From contig NC_058135.1 of assembly GCF_016433145.1 (NCBI RefSeq), positions 246,265,378-246,329,377 of the forward strand: a DNA stretch of 64,000 bases. Direction: 5' to 3'. Made by a program: the position numbers and the translations under genes. Shown one piece after another: positions 37,311 to 48,479 of the stretch (position 1 is the stretch's first letter; each line of letters opens with the position of its first letter). Source of the DNA: Gracilinanus agilis. Its lineage: Eukaryota. The notes beneath the pieces were generated by a model. It saw nothing but the letters and a program-made list of their open reading frames with translations, searched no databases and was not told the DNA's origin.

Positions 37311-37499
37311 AATCTTCTCTCTATATTAGTTGAATATAACTATTTGTTCCTTGTCTCCCCCACAACCACTTAGTTTGTGATCTCGTTTTGAAGGCAAAAT
37401 CTGTCTTCCATCTTTCTCGGTATCATAAGTACTTAGCCCAGTCCCTAGCCCATAGTAGACCTTAATAAATTTGTCTTTATTGGTTTTGCTTTGTCCATG

Positions 37500-38520
37500 G
37501 TCACAAAAGAAGTAGCGATGGCACTCGGCTGTGAACTCGAGTCCTCTCTGTCCCTAGACTCAGAGCCCTTCCCACCCCACCTCTGAGGACCCTTCCAGCT
37601 CTAACGGTTCAATGGATCCATCCTGCCAATACGGTGCCCCGGAGAGCATTGCTCAGCAAATACTGACTGATTAGCCCTGAACGGCTGAAGACAGGCAAAA
37701 GGAAAAGAAATCGAGGTGAGAGAAAACTGGAAGCCACAGGGAGAAAAGGCAAGGGCCGTGGGAATCAGTCAATCTTCCCCATTTTCTCCTCTCCTGTCTC
37801 TCCCTGTTAATTTCATTAACTCACACTCAAGCAAATGGATGGGGAGGAAAGTCAGAAAGCGGCTCGCTTCTTCCTGCTCTCCATGTTCACGAGAGCCCTT
37901 CCTCCCCCCATTGAGCCACCCTGGGGCCCAGACATTTTCCCGAGTTGTCAACAGTTTGTTAAATTGGTCCCAATCAGACCAGAGCTGAATTTCACACTGG
38001 CACTCTCGCCTGGGGGGAGAGCAAAACCATGTGGCTGACAAGGCACCAGAAGCAGAGGCAGCAGCAGCTGCATAGTCTCTGTCTCCGAGTAGCTCATTAC
38101 TAGGAGCGGTGCCTACCTGGCTCCGTGGGAACCATACTGTTCTGGGGACTCAGTCACTTCTCTGGGAAATTGGGAGCGAAAGGAAGAGACCCGAGAGCCT
38201 TGGGGAGAGTCGTCCCAGCGTCTGATGAACCTCTCAGGCAGTAGATATGAAAAGCAGAGTAATTGCTAGTATTGAGAGGGGATTTTGTGGATGGGGAAGG
38301 AGAGGGGTGTCTTTTCACACAACAGCAGGTCTCTGTTCTTTCCTTTTTAATGAAGAGGCAACCCATCAGTCCTAGAAATTTCCAGTACATCCATCTATCT
38401 GAACTGCAGCCACGTGCCTTTGCTCTCTGCATCCACCCTGTCAATCTTTAAGGCCTTTTGATATGTGCGTGTGTGTATGTGTGTGTGTGTGTGTGTGCGC
38501 GCGCGCTCGTGCGCTGGGGG
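37500..38520 (+). promoter_or_regulatory. CpG-enriched promoter / alternative first-exon region of an unidentified gene
   Basis: About 1.2 kb free of recognisable interspersed repeats; over 20 CpGs in a CpG-poor window; CCAAT boxes (about 37624 and 37970); E-boxes; + strand donors GAG|GTGAGA (37715/6) and AGA|GTAATT (38258/9). Confidence 0.65.
38463..38512. repeat. (TG)n(CG)n alternating purine-pyrimidine tract
   Basis: GTGCGTGTGTGTATGTGTG...GTGCGCGCGCGCTCGTGCG. Confidence 0.95.
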
Positions 38521-38572
38521 CTCAGCTGGATGAAGTCTGATCCTAATGATGCTAAGACATCTGATTTTTCAG

Positions 38573-38627
38573 GACCTTTAAGGACAAGTTACTCTGCTTC
38601 TGTCGCTAAATGTACCCCGAGCCCCAG
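38573..38627 (+). other. Candidate 55-nt internal (probably 5'UTR) exon
   Basis: Branch-like TCCTAAT about 30 nt upstream, acceptor CTGATTTTTCAG|G, donor CAG|GTAGTC; lies in unique sequence just downstream of the promoter block. Confidence 0.5.
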
Positions 38628-38715
38628 GTAGTCATTTCCCAAATGTAATCCTCCCCCCTTGTCGGAAGAAAAATTTAAGAATTGACTTAGTGTGACCTGT
38701 TGCCATTTTGTGCAG

Positions 38716-38739
38716 AAAACACTAAGAGGCTACCATCTG
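38716..38739 (+). other. Candidate 24-nt microexon
   Basis: Branch-like TTGAC at about 38682, acceptor TGTTGCCATTTTGTGCAG|A, donor CTG|GTAACA. Confidence 0.35.
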
Positions 38740-39724
38740 GTAACAGAGTACGGAATCATGGGAAATGAACTGTGTTTAAATTCTGGCCCTGCCATTTAAT
38801 ATGTAGGCAATCTTGGATAAGTCTGTCTTAATTTTAATCTCTCTGGAATTTAAATGATAAGGCTGGAATTAGACTTTGATAGTCTCTTCCAGTTTTTAAA
38901 CTTTTATCTTATATAGTCCATTCTACCTTCCATTGGGGCATTGATGCTTTCCAGACTCCTGTTCACTATTGTCTCAACCTTCACATCCCTTCTTCATCAG
39001 TTCCCAGCCCTTGTCTGTCCCAGGATGGATATCCCATCATCTCTTACTGTGGATACAACTTACAATACCAAGTATAGGTCTCTCCCAAGAGCATCAAGTG
39101 AGAAACTTTTCTTGTCCTCTTCCCCTACAGCCAGCTTGTTTTGAGAAGCAGAGTTCTAGATTGAATGACTACAGGTGTTATTCTATTAACCCAAACTACA
39201 TAAAAGCATAGATTCTTTGAGAAAAAAAAATATGTCCTGAACTGCAGACCGTTGACTCACTCTTAAAATAAAGCTTATTCCTAAACTGAAGAGCTGACTT
39301 TACACTAAACTTAAAAAGAACAATGGAAACACCTTCCTTTTCTGCACAAACTTCAATTCAGTTGTCTCACTTAGCAACAATAACTCAATTTCTTCAATAT
39401 AAACAATTATAGTTTATTTGTTTGTTTATTTTTCTCAAAACTGTTAATTCATAGGATTTGGCATTTCCATTTAAGAAACTCACTCTACAAATCCAGATAG
39501 GCGATTGCTATGCAACATAAATTCTTAAAGAGCTACCCATTAGCATTAAAAATGTAAATGTCTTGTCCAGGGTCATCCAGCTAATACAGAGAGGTGGACC
39601 ATGAACACAGGTTTTCCTGGTTCTAAGGTCAGCTCACTAACTGTTAATAGCATATTGCCTATTAACTTTAATTATGATATTCAATTCTCAGTCTGGCCTG
39701 TAGTATATCCAAGTATAAAGTCAA

Positions 39725-42110
39725 TTAAAAATAAATACGTTAATACCATCATAGAATAAGAAATTGAAGAAAACATCAAAGAACTCCCTAAGAAAAAGGT
39801 CTTAGGGCCTGATAGATTTACAAGTGAATTCTACCAGACATTCAAAGAACAACTAACTCCAGTACCACATAAACTATTTAGAAAAATAGGGGAAGAGGGA
39901 ATTCTTCAAAACTCTTTTTATGACACAAATATGATATTAATACTTAAATTAGGAAAAGCTAAAACAGAGAAAGAAAAATATAGACAAGACTCCCTAATGA
40001 ATATTTATGCAAAACATTCAAATAAAAAATAGCAAGGAAATTACAACATTATATCACAAGAATCCTACACCACAATCAAGTAGGTTTATACATATTAGGA
40101 AAACCATTAACATAATTGACTATCGGAATTACAAAACCAACAGAAACCAGATTATGACGCAGAAAAAGGATTTGACAAAATATAGCACCCATTCCTTATT
40201 TTAAACAAAAAGTTAGAAAACATTGAAATGAATGGAACCTTCTTCAAAGTGATAAATGGCACTTATATAAAACCATCAGCAAGCATTGTCTGTAATGGAG
40301 ATAAACTAAAACCCTTCCCAGTAAGGTCAGGATTAAAACAAGGATGCCCATTATCACCACTATTATTTAATATTGCATTAGAAATGCTTGCTATAACAAT
40401 GAAAGATGAAAAACACATTGAAGGAATTAGAATAGATAATGAAGAAAGAAGGTTATCACACTTTGCAAATAATATGATGGTATAGAGAGAGAATACTAGA
40501 AAATCAACCAAAAAACTAATAGAGAAAATGATAAGCCTACCTAATTTACCTATTCAGTGTCATGCCAACCTAACCAAAAATTATTTTATAGAACTAGAAA
40601 AAAATAAGAGCAAAGTTCATCTGGAAGAACAAAAGATTGAGAATATTGTGAAGATTAAAATTAATATGCAAAATGCTAAATATATTTATAAAAATTTTAT
40701 TAATAATAAACTAACAAAAGAGACTAACTAAAAGGTGCTAACCAGATAACTCCCAGGAAATAGAAAGAGGGAGGAGTTACATCCAAGTATAAAACAATAA
40801 TGTGACCACACAAATGTGGAGGTGCAGGAGAGATTAAAGGGAATTTTGGGAAAACTAAGGGACTTATGGGGATGAAGTCCAAGGTTCAAAATTTCCTTTT
40901 ATACAATATCAAAGTAATTAGTGAAAAAAATAAGAAAGGAAGGAGATCTAGTTTTACCAGATATTAAACTATATTTTAAATTGTGGTAATCATCAAAACA
41001 CTTTTGTTCTAGCTAAGAAATAGAGTGATGGATCAATAGAATAGATTAGGTAAGCAACACATGGCAGTTAATTTCCTAGTAACTCAGTATTTGATAAACC
41101 CAAAGATCTATGCTTTTGGGCAAAGGACTCACTGTTTGACAAAAACTTCTGGGAAAACTGAAAAACAGAATAGCAGAGGTTGGGCATGGACTAACATCTC
41201 ACACCACACAACAGGATAAAGACAAAATGGATACTTGATCTAGAAATAAAGTGACGCCATAAACAAATTAGAGAAATATGAAAAAGTTTACTTGTCAGAC
41301 TTATGGATAACGGAAGAATTTATGAGCAAAAAATATATAGAGGACATTATGAAAATGAAACATATAATTTTGATGATAGTAAACTTAAAATGTTTTCTAC
41401 AAATAAAACCAATGTAACAAAGATTAGAAGGGAAACAGCAAGTTTGTGGGAAATAATCTTATAGCAAATATTTCTGACAAAAGTCTTTTTTTCTCAAATA
41501 TTTAGAGAACTGATCAAATTTATAAGAATAGAAAGCACTCCCCAAATGAAAAATGTTCAAAGATTATGAACAGGCAGATCTTAGAGAAGGAAATTAAAAC
41601 TCCATAGTCACATAAAAAAATACTTCAAATCACTATTGATTAGATAAATGCAAACTAAAACAGCTTGGAGATATCACCTCAGGCCTTCCAAATTGGCTAA
41701 CATGACCAAAAACAAAAATAAAAAATGTTGGAGGCCACATGGGGAAAATGGGATGCTAATACACTGTTGGTGGAATAGTGAACTGATACAACCATTATAT
41801 ATATAAAAATATAGATATATAGATATTCCAAATAGATCAGAGATAAGTGAAAAGGACTTAACTAAATCAGAATATTTTAGCATAGTTTTTAGTGGCAAAG
41901 AAGTGGAAAGTGAGGTTTTATCCATTACTTTGAGGATGAATAAACAAATTGTGGAATATAAGTGTAAAAGAATCCTACTTTGCCTTAAAGGAGGGTAAGG
42001 AGGGAGAAAATCTGAATTTTAAATTTTAATTTTTTTAATTTTAAAATGACAAAAATGATTGTCAAAAAGTGTTTCTACATGTAATAGAAAAAATAAAAAT
42101 AAAATATGTA
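39725..42110 (+). mobile_element. Old 5'-truncated L1 (ORF2 RT to 3'UTR)
   Basis: [25 protein letters not shown] at about 39770; ORF 40228-40485 GLKQGCPLSPLLFNI..LSHFAN; A-rich tail at about 42090-42105. Confidence 0.93.
40647..40905 (-). mobile_element. Short solo LTR (259 bp) nested in the L1
   Basis: TG...CA termini; exact 4-bp TSD ATAT (40643-40646 / 40906-40909); removing it restores the L1 codons GAATATCAA seen at about 42756; AATAAA on the minus strand near 40700. Confidence 0.8.
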
Positions 42111-42156
42111 GCAAAACAAGCCTGTTAATTCAACAATTCATTTAATGAATATTTGA

Positions 42157-44332
42157 GCTTCTGGATTAAGATGGCTGCAGAGAAGAAGCAGGGCACTTAT
42201 CTCTCCTAACCCACCTACACATGACACCAGAAAAGGACAAAAAACCAAATGCAGATGAATGAAGGAACCCCACAATAGCTATCACTCTTTGCAAATGATA
42301 TGATGGTCTACCTAAAAAAATCCTAGAAAATCAACTAAAAAGTTAGTGGAAATAATCAACAACTTTAGCAAAGTTGCAGGATACAAAATAAACCCACATA
42401 AATCATCAACATTTCTATATATTTCCAAAACATTGCACCAGGAAGAGTTAGAAAGAGAAATTCCATTTAAAATCACCCTAGACAATATAAAATACTTAGG
42501 AATCTATTTGCCAAGACAAACACAGGAATTATATGAACCCAACTATGAAACCCTTTCCACACAATTAAAACTAGATCTAAACAATTGGAAAAACATTGAT
42601 TGCTCATGGGTAGGATGAGCCAATATTATAAAAATGACCATCTTACCCAAATTAATTTACTTATGCAGTGCTATACCTATCAAATTACCAAAAAACTTTT
42701 TTACTGAATTAGAAAAAAACTATGACAAAGTTCATTTGGAAGAACAAAAGACCAAGAATATCAAGGGAAATAATGAAAAAAAATATGAAGGAAGGTGGCC
42801 TAGCAGTACCAAATCTTAAACTGTACTATAAAGCAGTAGTCATCAAAACAATATGGTACAGACGAAGAGACAGAAGGGAGGACCAGTAGAATAGACGTGG
42901 GTTATGTGACCTCAGCAAGACAGTCTATGATAAACCCAAAGAACTCAGCTTTTGGGACAAAACCCCACTATATGACAAAAACTGCTGGGAAAATTAGAAA
43001 ACGGTATGAGAGAGATTGGGTCTAGATCAACATCTCACACCTTATACCAAGATAAATTCAGAATGGGTGAATGATTTGAATATAAAGAAGGAAATTATAA
43101 GTAAATTAATTGAGCACAGAATAGTATACTTGTCAGGTCTCTGGTAAAGGGAAGATTTTAAAACCAAGCAAAAGTTAGAAAAATATTACAAAATATAAAA
43201 TAAATAATTTTGATTACGTTAAACCAAAAAGTTTTTGTACAAGCAAAACAAATGCTACCAAAATTAGAAGGTAAGCAACAAATTAAGAAAAAATCTTTAT
43301 AACAAAAAACTTGGACAATGGTCTAATTACTCAAATATATAAGGAGCTAAATCAATTGTACAAAAAACCTAGCTATTCCCAAATGATAAATGGGCAAGAG
43401 ACATGAATAGGCAATTTTCAGATAAAGAAATTAAAAATATCAACAAATCATGAAAAAGTGTTCTAAATCTCTTATAATTAGAGAAATGCAAATCAAAGCA
43501 ACTCTGAGGTACCACCTCAAACCAAACAGATTAGCTAACGTGACAGCAAAGGAAAGTGGGAAATGTTGGAGGGGATGTGGCAAAATTGGGACATTAATGC
43601 ATTGCTGTTGGAGTTGTGAATTGATCCAACCATTCTGGATGGCAATTTGGAACTATATTCAAAGGATTTTAAATGCCTTTTGATCCAGCCATATCACTGC
43701 TTGGTTTATACCCCAAAGAGATAATAAGGGAAAAGACTTGTACAAAAATATTTATAGCTGCACTCTTTGTAGTGGCAAAAAAATTGGAAAATGAGGGAAT
43801 GTCCTTCGATTGGGGAATGGCTGAACAAACTGTGATATCTGTTGGTGATGGAATACTATTTTGCTCAAAGTAATAAAGAACTGGAGAAATTCCATGTGAA
43901 CTGGAATGACCTCCAGGAACTGATGCAGAGTGAAAGGAACAGAACCAGGAGAACATTGTGCACAGAGACTGATACACTGTGGTACAATCGAACATAACAG
44001 ACTTAAATTAGCAACAATGCAAGGATCCAAAGCAAGGCTGAAGGACTTATGAGAAAGAAAACTAGCCACATTCAGAGGAAGAACTGTGAGAGTAAAACAG
44101 AAGAAAACAACTGCTTGAACACATGAGCTGATGGGGATTTTATAGAGGATATAGACACTAAACGATAACTCTAGTCCAACTATCAATAATATGGAATTAG
44201 GTCTTAATCAATGATACATGTAAAACCCAGTGGAACTGTGCATCAGCTACAGGGGTGGGGGGAGTTTGGGGGAGAGGGAAAGAACATGAAAAATGTAACT
44301 ATGGAAATATATTCAAAATAAAATAAAAATAA
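42157..44332 (+). mobile_element. L1 with intact 5' tip and large internal deletion
   Basis: First about 122 nt are homologous to the L1 5'UTR tip at 2085-2206, then a jump at 42278/42279 to ORF2 LSLFANDMMVYL; continues through ORF2 C-terminus, G-rich 3'UTR and A-tail; 13-bp TSD AATGAATATTTGA / AATAAATATTTGA (42144-42156 / 44333-44345). Confidence 0.95.
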
Positions 44333-46708
44333 AATAAATATTTGACTTTTTTTCTTTCATAGCACTGTTTTAAGAGCTATAGAAGATAGCAAAGAAATGA
44401 AAGACATATACCCTATTATGGTAAGAGTTAGTTGATAAAAAAAGAACCTTCAAAATCAGCTAAGCAATAGAGGAATATCGTCTTAAAAGAAGAATAATAC
44501 AGATTTTAACTTCTATAAGAAGGCAAATGTTGATGCAAAAAAGGAAGGTTAGAGAAACCATTCTATAGAATCAGGACAGGCCTTGAAAGAGGAATAGTAT
44601 TTGGACAGAGATGTAAACAGAGCATTCCAGTTGGTAGAAAGAGAAGAGACAAAACAGGAGAGTTGAGAATGTTTAATGGTTGAAGGGGTGTGTGTGTGTG
44701 TGTGTGTGTAAAACATTGTAGGGATTTTTCTGGCTGGAGGGGTGGATTTAGATGAGAAAATGATCAAATTTGGTAAAAAAAAAAAGATAAGCACAACATT
44801 CCCAAATGTCTTTAAAAGGGATGTAGTATAATGGAAAATAAACAAACTTGATTATAAGAAACTATGCAAAGCATTTGATATGTACTAAACTCAGGACGAT
44901 TACATCTGAATTTTTAACCTCCATTAAGTTACTTCAGATCTTTAAGTTTCAGTTTATTTCTCTGTAAAATGAGAATAGGGATGTCTTCTACCCCTCTTAC
45001 ACAGTCATGGTGAGGGAAGAATTTTCTTCCTTTCAGGTACTTATGATAATAAACACATTTTAAAAGTATTTATTAAGTACATTCATGTCAAACAGTGTGC
45101 TAGGCATAAGAGATATAATATAAAAGCAAGAAGAATGCCTTCACTCAAGGAGCTTAAATTCTAATAATAATGAGAGTTTTTGGCTTGGTAAGTAACAAGG
45201 ATGGTAAGTGGAAGAAAATCAGAATGGACCTACAGAACCTTTATGGGAATTTTGACAAAATTGTCTTGATTACAGTTCTGGAACTGAAGAGTAATGGGGC
45301 ATGGGAGCAGAAGAAGGAATCAAAGGTTAAGCAAATTCAACTGTTGAGATGCCTGGGAGGAAAAGAACAGCTGGAGCCAGGACTGCATAACGTGGAAAAA
45401 TCAAGCTACCACCATTCACAATAACAAAGACCCACGTCAAGAGTTCTAGTACTAAAAAGACTGAGTCTTTCAGGGGTTGGTTTACGGCCCTGGCAGCAAC
45501 AGTAACTGGCAAAAAAATGAAAAGTCTGGACTTCATCCTCTTCCCAGTGAAAAGCAATGTGACATTTTTGAGCAAAGAATTGACATAATGACACTGGGAG
45601 GTTGCCCACATCATGCTTTACAGAATGCCCTAGTCAGCTTATTTATAGAAAAATTGTCTTGGGAAGGTACAAATGAGCTTTTGGATATTAATTTCAAAAG
45701 TGTATCACTTATCAAGCATCTTTGCCTCTCTGAAAGACCTTTTATGATTATATCAGCCTTGTGTTTTTGTTAGCTACATCCTCAAAATACATCAAGTGAT
45801 GGAATCTTTTTCAGGGAAGATTGTTGGGATCAGAGTTCCTGAAAAGCAAATTAGTTCTAATTGGTCTGAATTCAGTAACTATTAACACTCTGAACTTACT
45901 AAATAATTAGATATTTTAAACTGATGTGCAGACTGGATATGGGAAATTTAAAAGGTATAAATGAATGTGTAAATAATATGCTTGGCATGGATTGAAATCA
46001 TTCATACTGATAAAAAAAAAGAATAAGATTTTCCAGATGTCTCGGTTGAGGCTTCTCTCTCAAGAGAAAAAGGAAGGAAGCCCTTGGCTCTTTTGTTTAA
46101 CTAGGTTTGTCTAGCAATGCATTTATCTCATCAACAAATAGATTTCTTTTCTGGAAAGAAATAGACAGAATTCAAAAAGCACAGAATTACAAAATCTCAG
46201 GATATGATGGGACCTCCAAGATTATTTCATCCAATTGACCTTGAAGAATTCCTGGTTTCTTCAACATATTCTCATACTATGTGGTCTTATTTCTTCCTGC
46301 ATCTGAGTAATCATACTTAGACACTGGCCATTTAAACCATAATGTAAGCACACAGAACCAGTTATAATGTTCTAAATGTTGCCTGACCAGAGCATGGCAT
46401 AGCAGGTGTCACTTTCCTCTTCCAGGGAACTATGATTGTCAAAATGAAATGAGTGAGCATTATGGGCCACCATGTCACTCTGTAGACTCATGATGAAGTA
46501 GACAAAGTCAACTAAAGCCTCAGAATCACTTTCATACTGATATAGTTGAGCCACACTATGCCCACTATTTATTTTCAACATTGATTTTGGGGGGGAAGAA
46601 GAATTCTGATGTATAGTACTTTGCATTTATCTCTTAAATTTCATCTATTTCTTTCTCATCTCTTGGTTAATTCAGCTCTTGCTTCTGTCCTACAATATAT
46701 AAGCAACC

Positions 46709-47362
46709 TGTAATGGGGGAAAATAGGAAACTTAAGACAAGGCAGAATAGATGACAGCTTGAAGAAATCTTGGACTTCATGGACATTGCATAATGGAATG
46801 AAGCCAGGGTTTGAAGAAAGAGTGTGGTTTGACCAAGCTAAAGGAAGGAGGTTTTGGCTGTGTGGTCCAGCTTTGCCAAATATCCAAGGAGCTGACAGAG
46901 TGGAATATCACTGAGAAGAAGATACTTTAATCAACTATCATTGTCCTAGGTAGAGAAAGGTTTTGGATATCTGTTGGTGGACAACAGATTTATCTACCTT
47001 ACTCCCTAGAGCTTTTTTGAGGATTAACTGGTTGTGGTTAAAACTTAATCCTGGTTTCCTACAACTGTGACATCTTGGAGCACCGTGGACAAGTGTAATA
47101 AGAATCTCACCTCTCCATCCCTCTCTTATTCTAGTTAGAGTTAGACCTTAGTTTAGTTAAGTCATTTGTTAAAATAGTGTAGATCCTGACCCAACTCCCA
47201 GTTCCTGAGTTTGTCCTTAGATAACTAGGTTAGGGTGACCTCTCTCTACTGCCATTACCCTTTGAAGTCATTATTAAAAACTGTTTTTTATTTCTGTTGT
47301 GTCTTTCCCTGTAGAAGTAAGGTATCCCTGGCTGACTTAGTCTAAGTGGTAGTTGGATTACA
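46709..47362. mobile_element. Probable old solo LTR (about 650 bp)
   Basis: Perfect 6-bp terminal inverted repeat TGTAAT...ATTACA; LTR-like length; ATTAAA near the 3' end; no clean TSD. Confidence 0.5.
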
Positions 47363-48479
47363 ACTGCCACTCATTCTCATTGTCAAAACCCCTTTTGTAT
47401 TTGTTAAAGATAATTATATATCTTCACCCTTCATTTCTTCCTTCATCCCTTCCCCCCAAAAGAACCCCTGTGTGTGTTTGTGTTTATTTACCCACTTCAA
47501 ACCCCTTCCAAATTTGTAAATTATTCTTTGATCCAAGTCATTGTTAAAAATATGAAACAGTATAAAACTTATTTTTTGGCATGCTCAAATAGTAACAACA
47601 AATAATAACTTCTCTTCCAGATGAGAGAGATGACAATCATTTTTTAAACACTTAATTTCTCTCTTAGGCAGAAGAGTGATAAGGTCTAGGCACTGGGGAC
47701 TAGGTTAAGATAAGGGTCACACAGGTAGGAAGAGTCTGAGGCCAGATTTGAACCCAGGAACATCTGCCCCTCAAATAATCACTAATAATCCAACTAGTTA
47801 TGAATCTAACTATACTATAAGTTATCAAATATGCCTCCCTCCTGTCAATAACAACAAAGAGAACTTGTCAAAAGTTTTGCTAAGATGGATTATGTGATCT
47901 TTGCAGCATTCTCCTTATCTATAAGTTGAGATAGTAAAAAAAAGGAAATGAAGTTAGTCCAGCATGAACTTAAAAAAATAAAATAAAATCATGTAGTTAT
48001 TGAACAATCACTACTCCCCTTCCTAAATGCTAACAAACTATCTCAAAATTATAATAATCTTGAATTTTGCCAATAATTAAATTCAAACCTATATTTAAAC
48101 TATATATGCTTCTCCTTTAAAAACACTGGAATGACTCTGCCGATGTCCATTTATATGCTTATACTTTGAGATATATTCCTATAAGAAACTATGGAGTCAT
48201 TAAGGCCAAACTTCTTATTTTATAGTTGAGTCTTGTGAGGCCAGTCCTTTTCTCTTTTTTGCAAATATTACTTTGTAAGTGGCTCAACCAATCATATCAC
48301 CAGTTCTTTCATCACCTAGCATGGTGCCTGTCTTATGGTAGGCACTTGATATATGATTATTGAATTGAATTTGATTTTAGGCCTCTGGAATGTGAAGGGG
48401 TACAGTGAAGGTATGACTTGGCAGGAATTTATCAGAAAAAAATAAGAAAAGACTTTAGTAGAGAGAAATTTCATCATGA

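Noticed and set aside
37500-38750. Assigning a gene symbol to the promoter block (a PAK3-like alternative promoter crossed my mind from the architecture)
   Set aside because: No coding exon is in the window and I cannot verify any sequence match from memory; left unnamed pending BLASTN.
44252-44278. G-quadruplex-like tracts here and at 1-22
   Set aside because: Expected features of L1 3'UTR and spacer sequence, not novel.
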